A DNA stretch of 63,988 nt, counting the filler, from a bacterium (lineage in GTDB: Bacteria > JBBIVP01), in the NCBI GenBank assembly GCA_037439705.1. It is 3 parts of 3 records of this genome, joined end to end, with 100 filler letters (N's around TTAATTAATTAA, not from the genome) between each part and the next. Parts side by side here need not be neighbours in the genome. Positions count along the whole stretch, not along the records: positions 28,159 to 54,474 come from JBBIVP010000006.1; positions 54,575 to 63,988 come from JBBIVP010000077.1; 1 more part is not named here. One strand, given 5' to 3'. How positions within the stretch are numbered: the stretch's first letter is position 1; every line of letters starts with the position of its first letter. Shown here in pieces: positions 48,150-58,495 of the stretch. The notes beneath the pieces were generated by a model. It did no database searches. It was given only the letters and a program-made list of their open reading frames with translations, and was not told the origin of the DNA. The position numbers and the translations under genes were made by a program.

Positions 48150-49272
48150 AAAAATTTCAAATGTTCTGATGAATGGCGGGGTTATTCTTTTTTCGGTTTC
48201 TCCATTCTTCTCAAATATCCCGTTTGACATAGGACTTTTTCTATTTTTTACAGGCTACTTATTCAAAGAAAAGAGACTCTCTATTTTTGAAAGAATTGAT
48301 AAGCCCTATATTGCCCTTTTTCTCGCTGGTGTAATATCAATTTTTTTTTCTTCCGCGCCCCTTGAAACCCTTGCAAAAATCAGATTCTTTCGTTTCTTTT
48401 TACTCGTTCCATTTTTGAGGATATATTTTGAAGAAAAAAATGAGAAAGATGTAATAAAAATTGCCCTCATTTCAGGCATAATAATAGGTTCATGCATACT
48501 TTTAACCACTCTTCTCAACACAAGGAATTTCCCATTCTACCTTCACTACCACTTTGAAAACGATGGAAGGATTATCCCGCAGTGGTCTCAGGTTTTCTTC
48601 TTTTATCTCATTCCTTCCGTTTATCTTATCTTAAAAAGAAAGTTCTCAATTCCGTCTCTTCTTTTTTCTCTCATCGCAATTTCAATTATTCTGCTTTCAA
48701 AAACGAGAAGCACATTTATAGCAATTTTTTGTGTTCTTTTTGTCATTCCGTTTTTCACATCAAAAAAGTTGCTTCTTATTCCGGTTTCCTGCCTTCTTCT
48801 CTTGTTTCTTTATTCCCATTTTTATCCATCTTCCCACACCTCAATTTTATTAAAAAGTGTGCTCGCACCTTTTGATAAAAATAATCCGAGGTTCGGCTCA
48901 AACATGGAAAGGGTTGAAATGATTAAAGAGGCATTCTCAAGAGAGCCATTAAAAATTATCACCGGAAGCGGTTTTGACTCCTACGAGTTCATCACAAAAA
49001 CCCCTCACAGGAGGATTTTTTCCGACCCAATCCATACGCTTGTATGCACTGGGATTCTTGGACTTATTTCATTTCTATGGCTGATAATCCACTGGTTCAG
49101 GAAATCCATAAGCCATGAAAATAGAAAAAATTTTGTCCCAATTTCCCTCGTAGTGGGGATTTTGGTGGCAGGGCTTTTTGAACCAAATTTTTATAACACC
49201 GAAACCCTCCTTTCTTTACTCTTTCTTTTTACATGGTATACTGAAAAAGGTGAAGGAAGGAGAGAGGCTTAA
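48136..49272 (+). CDS. O-antigen ligase (WaaL/Wzy_C) family membrane protein
   Basis: About 10 TM segments; SKTRS, SN.ER, G.GF, GILGL. Confidence 0.7.
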   Translation: MNSAKKISNVLMNGGVILFSVSPFFSNIPFDIGLFLFFTGYLFKEKRLSIFERIDKPYIALFLAGVISIFFSSAPLETLAKIRFFRFFLLVPFLRIYFEEKNEKDVIKIALISGIIIGSCILLTTLLNTRNFPFYLHYHFENDGRIIPQWSQVFFFYLIPSVYLILKRKFSIPSLLFSLIAISIILLSKTRSTFIAIFCVLFVIPFFTSKKLLLIPVSCLLLLFLYSHFYPSSHTSILLKSVLAPFDKNNPRFGSNMERVEMIKEAFSREPLKIITGSGFDSYEFITKTPHRRIFSDPIHTLVCTGILGLISFLWLIIHWFRKSISHENRKNFVPISLVVGILVAGLFEPNFYNTETLLSLLFLFTWYTEKGEGRREA

Positions 49273-50938
49273 AGATATTCTCAAAAGCATGGATATGGAG
49301 GAGGCATACGAAAAATATGTGAGGGGACTTTCTGAAGATGCTGTTTATAGGCTCCTTCATGAAATTGAAAGGGTAGACAAAAAAAGGTTGATGGAGCACA
49401 AAAAGATACTTCTTGAGCATAATAAGGGAGTATCTCCACTCAATCTGGAAGAAGTAGAGCCCGTTGAGGCGAAGGAAATTACCCCTGAACTTGAAGAGAT
49501 AGGAATTAATTCTCTAAAAAACGGAGAATGGTCTGATGCCATTCTTGCGGGAGGTGCTGGAACAAGGTTCTTTTCTGAACTCGGCGAGGCAAATTTGAAA
49601 TCAAAAGGACTCTTTCCGATAACCCCTCTTGGAAGACATTCCTTTCTTGAATTTTTCCTCTCAGAAATCCTTTCTACAGGAATCTCCTGCGGAAGGCTTC
49701 CCATCTGTCTCATAATGACGAGTTCCATAACCGATGAGGAGATTAAAAACTGGATAAAGAGGGAGGAAATTTTTGGCTTTCCAAAAGAAGCTGTAATCAT
49801 TTTTCAGCAGGAAGAGCACCCGAGACTTGATGATGATAGCTCTTTGATCGTTTTAAATGATGGAAGCCTCTCATGGACAGGGGATGGACACGGTGGAATA
49901 TACAGGGCACTTTTGAAGAAAAGAAATGGTGAATCCGTTCTTGAAAGAATTTCAAAGGAAGGAATCAAGTACATGGTCATCCACAATGTGGACAATATAC
50001 TCTCAAGACCATTTGAGCCTGGAAGGCTTGGATTTCACATAAAAGGCAATTATCTTTTTACGATGTCCTGTGTGGAGAGAACAGACCCCGACGAAAAAAT
50101 AGGAATAGCAGTTTACCTTAAAAAAGAAAATAGATTAGGGGTTGTTGAATACAGCGTCTGTTCACCCGAAATTATGAAAGCGGTTCAAAAAAATGGGAAA
50201 CTCGTGTTCAATGCAGGACACATCAACACAAACCTTGTTTCTATACCTGCAATAAGGGAAGATGTTCCTCCTACCCTTTATACAGGTAAACCCATAAAGA
50301 TAGGAGAAAGGATGGTTATGAGCAGTTCCTTGGAGGTCCTCAACCAGACCCTCGTCCAGATGCTTCCAAAGGAAAGAGTTGGGGTATGCAGTGTAAAAAG
50401 GGAAAAGTTTTTCTCTCCAACAAAATCCGTAAAGGGAAGGGATTCTGTGGATGATACAAGGAAAAATTTTTCTCTGTATTTTTCAGAGATACTTAAAAAT
50501 TGTGGAGCCATTGTAAAGGATGGAGCAGTTGTTGAGATAAATCCCTGTTGTGGATTGAGTGAGAAGGATTTAAAAGAAATGGGAATAGGCGAAGGATGGT
50601 TTGTGGGGAAAAATTCCTCTCTTTATCTATGTGCAAAATTTGGAATCTCCAACTCTTCGCCTTTTGATAGAGAACTTATCCTTGAAGATGGTGCATCCTT
50701 AATTTTAAAGGTTAGAAAGCCCTTTGGAAATCCGAAATTGCGGAAAGGAAGGTTCATAGAGCCAGACCCAGAAACAGCAGGGAAGGTTAGATTGGGAAAG
50801 AAGGTTGGGATATCAAAGGGTGTAAGGGTTGAGATAGAAATAGAAGGCAATGGAATTCTTGAGGTAAAAGATCATTACACCTTTTCAACCTCATCCATCA
50901 TAAAAATTGGAAACGGTGAAAGGATAATTTTGAAGTAA
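49178..50938 (+). CDS. UDP-sugar pyrophosphorylase (UDPGP/UAP family)
   Basis: LAGGAGTR, SKG, IMTS..T, FQQ, GDGHGG, NVDNIL, EKIG, VEYS, FSP.K; true start may lie somewhat downstream. Confidence 0.8.
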   Translation: MNQIFITPKPSFLYSFFLHGILKKVKEGERLKDILKSMDMEEAYEKYVRGLSEDAVYRLLHEIERVDKKRLMEHKKILLEHNKGVSPLNLEEVEPVEAKEITPELEEIGINSLKNGEWSDAILAGGAGTRFFSELGEANLKSKGLFPITPLGRHSFLEFFLSEILSTGISCGRLPICLIMTSSITDEEIKNWIKREEIFGFPKEAVIIFQQEEHPRLDDDSSLIVLNDGSLSWTGDGHGGIYRALLKKRNGESVLERISKEGIKYMVIHNVDNILSRPFEPGRLGFHIKGNYLFTMSCVERTDPDEKIGIAVYLKKENRLGVVEYSVCSPEIMKAVQKNGKLVFNAGHINTNLVSIPAIREDVPPTLYTGKPIKIGERMVMSSSLEVLNQTLVQMLPKERVGVCSVKREKFFSPTKSVKGRDSVDDTRKNFSLYFSEILKNCGAIVKDGAVVEINPCCGLSEKDLKEMGIGEGWFVGKNSSLYLCAKFGISNSSPFDRELILEDGASLILKVRKPFGNPKLRKGRFIEPDPETAGKVRLGKKVGISKGVRVEIEIEGNGILEVKDHYTFSTSSIIKIGNGERIILK

Positions 50939-50964
50939 AATTTCCCTCCCCTCCTCAACGAATT

Positions 50965-52698
50965 TTACATTTCGTAGTCAGGTGGCATATGAGGGATTTT
51001 TTCTTCCTTCTTTGGTTTTTCAGCAATCATCACTTCGGTGGTGAGCAGGAGTGAGGCAACATTAGCCGCGCTCTGAAGGGCAGTTCTTACTACTTTTGTT
51101 GGGTCAATAACTCCGGTCTCAACGAGGTCTTCAAATTTTTCAGTCTGGGCATTGAACCCGAGGTTTCCTTTTCCCTGTTTGATCTTTTCAACAACGATGC
51201 TTCCATCATATCCAGCATTCTGAGCTATCCATCTTGCTGGCTCCTCAAGTGCCTTTTTCACTATATGGACACCAAATATCTCATCACCCTGGAGGGTGTA
51301 GAAAGAGTCGGGATGTGGAAGTTTCAATTCTTCAGGAGGAATATCTTTTTCTTTTCTCTTCCTTTCAAGTTCTTCCTCGTGCGCCTTTTTCAGATTTTTA
51401 AGAGCGGCTTCCGGATCTTCCAGGACTTTTGAAGCCCTTATGTAGGCAACGCCACCACCACAAACTATACCTTCTTCAACCGCAGCCTTTGTAGCGTGAA
51501 GGGCATCTTCAACCCTTGCTTTCTTTTCCTTCATTGCGGGTTCAGTTGGCGCTCCAACATGGATAACTGCCACTCCTCCTGCAAGTTTGGCTAATCTCTC
51601 CTGAAGTTTTTCTCTGTCATAATCGGAGGTGGTTTCTTCAATCTGTTTTCTTATCTGGGCTATTCTTCCTTTTATTTCCTCCTTGCTTCCATGACCATCT
51701 ACAATCGTTGTGTGTTCCTTATCAACAATGACTTTTCCAGCCCTTCCAAGTTCGCTCAACTGGACACTTTCAAGCTTTATGCCGAGTTCATCTGCTATCA
51801 TCTTTCCACCTGTAAGAATAGCAATGTCCTCAAGCATTGCCTTTCTCCTCTCGCCAAAGCCTGGAGCCTTTACCGCACAGCATTTGAGTACTCCGCGTAC
51901 CTTATTTACCACCAAAGTAGCAAGGGCTTCTCCTTCCACATCCTCTGCTATAATGAGAAGGGGCTTTCCTTCCCTTGCAATTTTTTCCAGAAGCGGGAGA
52001 AGTTCTTTCATATTGCTTATTTTTTTCTCGTGGCACAGGATGTAAGCATCCTCAAGAACGCATTCCATCTTTTCAGGATCTGTTATGAAGTAAGGAGAGA
52101 GGTATCCCCTGTCAAACTGCATTCCTTCCACAAGTTCAAGGGTTGTCTCAAGTCCTTTTGCTTCCTCAACAGTGATAACGCCCTCCTTTCCAACCTTTTC
52201 CATCGCCTCAGCTAATATGGCGCCTATGGATTCATCATTATTGGCAGAGATTGTTCCAACCTGCTGGATCTCTTTTTTATCTTTTGTAACTTTTGAAAGA
52301 TTATTCTGTAGTTCGTACACAACCAGTTCTACTGCCTTCTCAATTCCCCTCTGTATGTCCATAGGATTATGTCCTGCTACAATAAGCTTAAGTCCTTCTT
52401 TATATATTGCCTGAGCAAGAACAGCAGCAGTGGTGGTTCCATCTCCAGCCACCTCGGAAGTCTTGCTTGCTACTTCCTTGATGAGTTGTGCTCCCATATT
52501 CTCAAATTTATCTTCAAGTTCTACCTCTTTTGCTACTGTTACACCGTCTTTTGTGACTAAAGGTGCGCCAAATGTCTTTTCTATTATCACATTCCTTCCC
52601 CTTGGGCCGAGTGTGGCCTTTACAGCATTCGCTATTATGTCTACTCCCTTCGTTATTTTATCCCTTGCCTTATCACTAAAAGTTAATTCCTTCGCCAT
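50965..52698 (-). CDS. groEL: Chaperonin GroEL (with ~38-aa insertion)
   Basis: [49 protein letters not shown]. Confidence 0.98.
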   Translation of the reverse strand: MAKELTFSDKARDKITKGVDIIANAVKATLGPRGRNVIIEKTFGAPLVTKDGVTVAKEVELEDKFENMGAQLIKEVASKTSEVAGDGTTTAAVLAQAIYKEGLKLIVAGHNPMDIQRGIEKAVELVVYELQNNLSKVTKDKKEIQQVGTISANNDESIGAILAEAMEKVGKEGVITVEEAKGLETTLELVEGMQFDRGYLSPYFITDPEKMECVLEDAYILCHEKKISNMKELLPLLEKIAREGKPLLIIAEDVEGEALATLVVNKVRGVLKCCAVKAPGFGERRKAMLEDIAILTGGKMIADELGIKLESVQLSELGRAGKVIVDKEHTTIVDGHGSKEEIKGRIAQIRKQIEETTSDYDREKLQERLAKLAGGVAVIHVGAPTEPAMKEKKARVEDALHATKAAVEEGIVCGGGVAYIRASKVLEDPEAALKNLKKAHEEELERKRKEKDIPPEELKLPHPDSFYTLQGDEIFGVHIVKKALEEPARWIAQNAGYDGSIVVEKIKQGKGNLGFNAQTEKFEDLVETGVIDPTKVVRTALQSAANVASLLLTTEVMIAEKPKKEEKIPHMPPDYEM

Positions 52699-52719
52699 TT
52701 TATCACCTCCTTATTTATT

Positions 52720-53010
52720 TTAATCTTCAATTATTGCCAGAATTTCATCTTCAGAAACAATGAGGTGTTCCTCACCATCAATTTTCACCTCTGTCCCCGC
52801 ATATTTCGGGAAGAGAACCTTATCCTTCACCTTCACTTCAGGTGGTTGAATTTTTCCGTCTTCAAGAACCTTTCCCTTTCCTACTGCCATAACGATTCCT
52901 ATCATCGGTTTTTCCTTTGCGGTATCCGGTAGAATTATGCCGCCCTTTGTTTTTTCATCCTCTTCAATTCTTTTGATTAAAATTCTATCCCTTAATGGTT
53001 TTACCTTCAT
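52720..53010 (-). CDS. groES: Co-chaperonin GroES
   Basis: [40 protein letters not shown] before ATG 53010. Confidence 0.98.
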   Translation of the reverse strand: MKVKPLRDRILIKRIEEDEKTKGGIILPDTAKEKPMIGIVMAVGKGKVLEDGKIQPPEVKVKDKVLFPKYAGTEVKIDGEEHLIVSEDEILAIIED

Positions 53011-53078
53011 CTTTTCACCTCCTTGTGATATTGTTTCATTACTCAATATAATCATTTTTTTTGATAAATCAAGAATTA

Positions 53079-53822
53079 TTAAAGCCTGTTTATGAGAGAT
53101 GCTGTATAGGCTGCTCCAAAGCCATTATCTATGTTGACCACAACAACATTTGGAGAGCATGAATTGAGCATTCCTAAAAGTGCAGCAATTCCCCCTGTTC
53201 CAGTCCCGTATCCTCTGCTTGTCGGAACTGCTATAACCGGTTTATCAACAAGTCCTCCAACCACTGATGGTAAAGCCCCTTCCATTCCTGCCACTACAAT
53301 CAGGACCCTCGCTGAACGAATTTTTTCGTAATGTGAGAAGAGCCTGTGAATTCCGGCAACGCCCACATCGGTGATTTTTTCTACCCTGTTTCCCATCACC
53401 TTTGCAGTAATATATGCTTCCTCCACCACCTGTATATCACTTGCTCCTGCGGAAATTATAAGTATTTTTCCTTTTCCAGTTATCCTTTTTGAGGAATGTT
53501 TGTAAAAGCATCTTCCTTCTTTGCTGTAATTAAAATTTTTGAATATTCTCTTCAATTTCATTCCTGTTTCGGGGTCAACCCTGGTTACCAGCAGGTCAGG
53601 ATATGTTTTTTCCATTTGAGAGATTGCCTTTTTCAGGTCCTCAAATTTTTTCCCTTCCCCCATTATAACTTCAGGAAAACCATGTCTTAAAGCCCTGTGC
53701 ATATCAAGGGTAATATTTCCTTCGTTGAAAATGAAGAGTTTCTTTAAAATTTCAAGAAACTTTTCTTCTGAAATTTTTCCGCTTTTGAGGTCTTTTATGA
53801 GTGCTTTTAGGTTTTTCATCAA
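53079..53822 (-). CDS. larB: Nickel pincer cofactor biosynthesis protein LarB
   Basis: [59 protein letters not shown]. Confidence 0.95.
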   Translation of the reverse strand: MMKNLKALIKDLKSGKISEEKFLEILKKLFIFNEGNITLDMHRALRHGFPEVIMGEGKKFEDLKKAISQMEKTYPDLLVTRVDPETGMKLKRIFKNFNYSKEGRCFYKHSSKRITGKGKILIISAGASDIQVVEEAYITAKVMGNRVEKITDVGVAGIHRLFSHYEKIRSARVLIVVAGMEGALPSVVGGLVDKPVIAVPTSRGYGTGTGGIAALLGMLNSCSPNVVVVNIDNGFGAAYTASLINRL

Positions 53823-53967
53823 TTTAGTCTCTTGTTCAAAATTTACATGTCAAATTCCAAAAGTCAACTTTTGATTTTTTTGAATTAAATATTCTAAAAA
53901 AGGGGCTGTTTTTGTAGATTTTTTGAAAAACCAATCACCCCAAAAATAAACCACCTCATACAGGGTA

Positions 53968-54117
53968 ATGACCAGGGAGAATGTATTTGCCATATTAAAG
54001 GACAAGGGAATAGACCCGACCAAATGTGCTGATGTAGCGTGTGAGGTTGAGTATGGAAGAATTCTTCAGGCGGACAAACTTGTTGTGGGTGAGTTGAGTT
54101 ATGTTGAGGGGATATAA
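53968..54117 (+). pseudogene. Gene fragment resembling a CsgG/TolB-N-like domain
   Basis: Manual ORF MTRENVFAILKDKGIDPTKCADVACEVEYGRILQADKLVVGELSYVEGI*; C..E.G..L.AD.LV.G pattern. Confidence 0.4.
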
Positions 54118-54437
54118 TATTTGAGTTTGTGTTGCTCATTTGGGGTCAGGTTTTGAATTTTGACTTCCGCAATGAAATTTTCATTGATTTTTGTGGCCAG
54201 AGTTCAAGCACGATATAAAGAATACTGGATTTTACACAGGAAACCAAAATCCACCCTGGTAAACATGTAGTTTGTTTGGGCTCAGGTCATTTAATATAAC
54301 AAAGATAGACTGATGAATATTTTTCCTTTCACACCCTTTTGGATTACGACACAGCCTCTACGCTATTACAAGTTCACTGGAAAAAGTGAGTAAGAAACTT
54401 ATTTGATTTCTATTTTAAGAGATTATAAAATTTAGTT

Positions 54438-54474
54438 ATGAAGCCAGTTGAGGAAATAAAAGAGGAGATAAAGA
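54438..54474 (+). CDS. 5' stub of unknown gene, cut by contig end
   Basis: MKPVEEIKEEIK after promoter TTGATT-17-TAAAAT. Confidence 0.45.
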
Positions 54475-54574
54475 NNNNNNNNNNNNNNNNNNNNNNNNNN
54501 NNNNNNNNNNNNNNNNNNTTAATTAATTAANNNNNNNNNNNNNNNNNNNNNNNNNNNNNNNNNNNNNNNNNNNN
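54475..54574. other. Artificial contig-join spacer
   Basis: 100-nt N run with central TTAATTAATTAA. Confidence 0.95.
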
Positions 54575-54833
54575 TTTTTATACTTGCTCTAAGTTTTTCC
54601 TCATCTTTTGAATTAAGGTTTATGAAGTATGGAGCGTGGGCTGTGAGTAAAATTCCCAGTTCCCTTGAATGTTCTTTTACCCTTTCAGCCATGTCTTCCT
54701 TCATTTTTACACCCTGCACGAACTCAAGTTCCATACAGTCAAGCCCGAGCTTTTTCACAGTAGTAATGCCAGTAATACTATCTTTTTTTGGAGAAGAAAC
54801 CGGGGTTCCACCCGTGCCAAAAAGAATCTTCAT
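54575..54833 (-). CDS. Endonuclease IV-like TIM-barrel protein, 3'-truncated
   Basis: FGTGG.P, GLDCMELEFVQGV, LTAHAPYFINLNS. Confidence 0.8.
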
Positions 54834-55699
54834 ATTTCCTCCTTTTCCAGGTCTTCTCTTATTCTATCAAATAAGTTTCCATTTTTATAGAAAAAATCCG
54901 AAATTTTTATTATCCGCATAGAAAGGGCGTTTTTTATAGAATTGAAAAGTCTTATAGAACGTTCTCTTTTTACTTTCAGGGAGTGATACAGGAATGTCTT
55001 TTTGATGTCGGACGAAAAACTTTCCAGCTCTTTCTCGGAAAGTTCATCAAAAAATCTATTGAGTATTATAAATGGAACAGGGAGAGGAAGTTGTTTTTTT
55101 GCAGTCTCAACGAGTTCAATTGTCTCATTTATTGCCATTTCTTCTGGAATTGTAACTGGAATGAGCAAAGAATCATCTTTGAGCATATCAAAAAGTTTTT
55201 TTGATTCATTGCGAATGGGACCAAAACGAATGGAAGCTATATAGACTTCAGGAAGGTTTAACATCGGTAAAGCATGTCCTGTAGGAGGCATATCTACTAC
55301 TATATGGTCAAAAATTCCTTTTTGATACTCATACCAGATTTTTCCTATAACCGTTATCTCTTTTAATCCTGGGGTTGAACGGACGAACTGTCTGTATATT
55401 CTGGAACTGAAAAGTGAAAGGTATAAAAGTCTGTATTTCAGTTTGAGTTTTACATATTCTTCAAGGGATTTCTCAGGGTCAATGTGAAGCAGATGAAGAC
55501 CGTTTTCTACTTTTTTAATTTTATATCCGATGTTTTTATGACCCAGAATTCTTGTGATGATCTCTTCCTGAGCGAGGTCACATAAAAGTACATTTTTATT
55601 TTTTTTAGAAAGAAATTTTGCTATTCCTATGGAGATAGTAGTTTTTCCAACCCCTCCTTTTCCTGTAAGAAATATGACCTTCTTATCTTCAAGGTTCAA
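54830..55699 (-). CDS. ArsA/Get3-like ATPase
   Basis: TGKGGVGKTT, TPGLKE, VDMPPTGH, PEEMAINET, NR. Confidence 0.85.
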   Translation of the reverse strand: MNLEDKKVIFLTGKGGVGKTTISIGIAKFLSKKNKNVLLCDLAQEEIITRILGHKNIGYKIKKVENGLHLLHIDPEKSLEEYVKLKLKYRLLYLSLFSSRIYRQFVRSTPGLKEITVIGKIWYEYQKGIFDHIVVDMPPTGHALPMLNLPEVYIASIRFGPIRNESKKLFDMLKDDSLLIPVTIPEEMAINETIELVETAKKQLPLPVPFIILNRFFDELSEKELESFSSDIKKTFLYHSLKVKRERSIRLFNSIKNALSMRIIKISDFFYKNGNLFDRIREDLEKEEI

Positions 55700-56518
55700 T
55701 TATTTTTCCTCCAGATAGGAGATGATTTTATTTGCTACATCTGGACTGAAAATAAGGCTTCCGTGTCCGAGTGGTGGTGTTATGTAATACTCCTTATTTT
55801 CAACTTTCCCTCCCGTCCAGGGCAGAATCATGTTATCAGTGGGGGAGAGAATGCAGAGCAGATTGAGGCCCACGGGTATTTCCTGATTCAGGCTTTTTAT
55901 AAAGTCTGACTGATATCTCATCTGTTTTCCATTGAAGGACCTTGCGAAAATTCCAATCTTTGTCCCTTGATTTGGTGAGCCTATGGTGATGAGCTTTTCA
56001 ATTTTATCAACACCACCAATTTTCTGTGCATAATATCTCAAAATTATTCCTCCCTGACTGTGTCCTATTCCTATAAATTTCTGCGAATTGTGTTTTTTTA
56101 AGATTCCATTTACCAGTTCTGCAAATTTTGAAGCCTGAAATTCAATTGGAGCAAATTTTGGGGTTATTGTTAAAGCATAAACATTTTTATATCTCTCCCT
56201 TTTTAATTTGAAAAAAAGATAAATCATACATCCTCTGTTCATCATGTAAGGATGAAGTAGTATCACGGGAATTTCCTTTTCCTCTTTATTGCTTTTTACC
56301 ATCAAATAATTGTAGTCAAAGAGACCGAATAAAAAAAGTGGAATGTATAAGATAGAAATAAAAAACTCATATATAAAGGCTATAACCCATTGATAAACTG
56401 GAACAGATGGTTTTTCTTCTATGTTGTTGTTTTCATAGTAAGCCATGAGGAAAGTAAAAGAGACAAAAATTAATATCCCTTCAACTATAATTCTGATTAT
56501 AAAAAGCAGGTGACTCAT
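55700..56518 (-). CDS. Membrane-anchored alpha/beta hydrolase (lipase-like)
   Basis: Two N-terminal TMs; PVILLH, GHSQGG, IGSPNQGT, D.MI.P, GH. Confidence 0.85.
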   Translation of the reverse strand: MSHLLFIIRIIVEGILIFVSFTFLMAYYENNNIEEKPSVPVYQWVIAFIYEFFISILYIPLFLFGLFDYNYLMVKSNKEEKEIPVILLHPYMMNRGCMIYLFFKLKRERYKNVYALTITPKFAPIEFQASKFAELVNGILKKHNSQKFIGIGHSQGGIILRYYAQKIGGVDKIEKLITIGSPNQGTKIGIFARSFNGKQMRYQSDFIKSLNQEIPVGLNLLCILSPTDNMILPWTGGKVENKEYYITPPLGHGSLIFSPDVANKIISYLEEK

Positions 56519-56557
56519 CTTCTTATAATTTCCAAATTTCCGAATGAACCGAAAACT

Positions 56558-57136
56558 TCAAGATTCTTCATCTGATGTATCAAGAAATCCTGCGGACTTC
56601 AGAATTTTACCTTCTTCCAGACCCTTTCTTATCTTCCCATCCTTATCCTTCATTTCCTGACATTCTCTGCAAAGCTTCGCAAATGGAACTATTTCAAGTC
56701 TTTCAGGTGGAATTTTTGATTTGCATTCTTCGCATATTCCGTATGTTCCTTCCTTCAACTTTTTTAGAGCCTCTTCTATGTCAGACAGTCTTTCTTTTTC
56801 TATCGCCGAAATAATTGTATCAAACTCTCTTTCCCTTGCTGTTGAAGCAATATCCAGTTCATCCCCGGGTTCAGGAGAGATACTGCCGGCTTCCCTCCAC
56901 TCAGCCTTTCTACTTCTCATCTTTGCCAGTATCTCCTCTTTCATATTGAGGAGTTTTTCTTCTATCTTTTTGAGGTCTATTTCTTTTCCTTTATCAACCT
57001 TATGAAGGATTATAATGTTAGGAGGAATGGATTTCTTTTCCACCTTTTTATTCCCTGCAATTTTTTTCGTTAGTTTTTTCACACTTCTTGCTTTTTCTTT
57101 CGTCTTTTTTTTCATTTTTTTCTCCTTTTTAATCAT
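56558..57136 (-). CDS. dksA: DksA/TraR C4 zinc-finger protein with Lys-rich N-terminus
   Basis: GDELD.A, I.EAL.K...GTYGICEEC..I..ERL..VPFA.LC.ECQ. Confidence 0.8.
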   Translation of the reverse strand: MIKKEKKMKKKTKEKARSVKKLTKKIAGNKKVEKKSIPPNIIILHKVDKGKEIDLKKIEEKLLNMKEEILAKMRSRKAEWREAGSISPEPGDELDIASTAREREFDTIISAIEKERLSDIEEALKKLKEGTYGICEECKSKIPPERLEIVPFAKLCRECQEMKDKDGKIRKGLEEGKILKSAGFLDTSDEES

Positions 57137-57736
57137 TTATTTAATCAAAGAAATAACCTCTTTGAACTCAGGAGTTCCTGCTTTTTCAAGCCATGAAAAA
57201 ATGATTGATTCAGAGGTCAGGATTCCGATTCCATTGGACCTCATAAACTTTTCTGCCGTTTCGGAATCAAATTTTCTCCGTGAACAGGTAGCATCTGCCA
57301 CCACATAGATATTAGATGATGAATCATTAATTTTTATATCCATTGCAGTTTGAAGAATGCAGACATGAGTTTCAATTCCTGTCAGCACAAAGGTGTTTAT
57401 ATGGGAATGTAGAGCCTCAATAATCTCTCTGAATTTATTTGAAAGCATACATGAAAATTCTATTTTTTCTACATATTTTGCATCGGCCTCTCTAAGCAGG
57501 GTTTTCAAAGGTTCTACGGTTTGTTTCAAACCAGCAGGATATTGTTCGGTCCAGATTATTGGAATTTTCAACTTTTCCGCTATTTTTATAAGAAGGGAGA
57601 TTTTTTCAATCACTCTTTCAATTGTTTCTTTCTCCATTGCCTTTACAAGTGCTTCCTGAACATCTATCACCAAAAGTGCAGAGTTCTGCCTTGATGGAAG
57701 ACATTTCCTGCCATGTGGGTTTTGTGTGGACATCAT
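57137..57736 (-). CDS. Isochorismatase-family hydrolase
   Basis: LLVIDVQE, TEQYP.GL, K..FSC, GIETHVCILQT. Confidence 0.92.
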   Translation of the reverse strand: MMSTQNPHGRKCLPSRQNSALLVIDVQEALVKAMEKETIERVIEKISLLIKIAEKLKIPIIWTEQYPAGLKQTVEPLKTLLREADAKYVEKIEFSCMLSNKFREIIEALHSHINTFVLTGIETHVCILQTAMDIKINDSSSNIYVVADATCSRRKFDSETAEKFMRSNGIGILTSESIIFSWLEKAGTPEFKEVISLIK

Positions 57737-57766
57737 ATAGGAAGTATAAAAAATTATTTTTTAAAA

Positions 57767-58495
57767 TCAAATGTTCAAATTAGGTTTTTGATTTTTAGCT
57801 GGAACCGATATAAGCCCGCTTTCAAGAAAACTGAAAACAGAGTTTTCGCCAATTATTACATGGTCAATGAGACCTATTCCAATGATCTCACAGGCTTTTG
57901 CCATTCTTTCAGTGATTTTAATATCTTCCATACTTGGAGTTGGGTCTCCGCTCGGATGATTGTGAACCATGATTATTCCGGCAGAAGATTCCTTTATTGC
58001 TTCCCTCAAAATTTCTCTTGGATGAGCTGGAGAAAAATTAAGGGTTCCAATTGAGACATCAACAGTTTTTATAATTCTGTTTTTGGAGTTGAGGAGAATT
58101 ACTTTAAAGACCTCCTTTTTTATGTCCCTCACATACGGGAATATGCTTTCCATACAGTATTTTATGACATCTTCTTTAGTTCCGATTTTGAAATTTTCAC
58201 CGATTTTTTCATTGGAATACCTCTTGGCTATCTCCAAACAGGCTTTAATCTGAACTGCCTTGACAGGACCCACATACTTTAATTCGGAAAGTTCTTTTAT
58301 GCTTACATCCTCAAGTTTTCTGAAGGAGCCAAATTTTTGAAGAAGTTCAGATGCAACTTCTAAAGCGGTTTTATCCTTTCCACCAGTCCTTATGATAATT
58401 GCGAGGAGTTCATTATCAGAAAGGGCAGAGGGTCCTTTTTCAATCAGCCTTTCTCTTGGTCTGTCTGAACTCCTCCATGTCCTTATAGGCTTCAT
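57767..58495 (-). CDS. radC: RadC (JAB domain) protein
   Basis: RPRERL...G..ALSD.ELLAI, G..KA.Q, HPRE, HNHPSGDPTPS.ED, DHVIIG. Confidence 0.95.
   Translation of the reverse strand: MKPIRTWRSSDRPRERLIEKGPSALSDNELLAIIIRTGGKDKTALEVASELLQKFGSFRKLEDVSIKELSELKYVGPVKAVQIKACLEIAKRYSNEKIGENFKIGTKEDVIKYCMESIFPYVRDIKKEVFKVILLNSKNRIIKTVDVSIGTLNFSPAHPREILREAIKESSAGIIMVHNHPSGDPTPSMEDIKITERMAKACEIIGIGLIDHVIIGENSVFSFLESGLISVPAKNQKPNLNI

Noticed and set aside
51295-51414. GroEL insert as an intein or intron
   Set aside because: Too short, in frame, no C/S...HN splice residues
53894-54139. 81-aa minus-strand His/Gln/Pro-rich ORF
   Set aside because: Looks like the shadow of the more protein-like plus-strand fragment at 53968-54117
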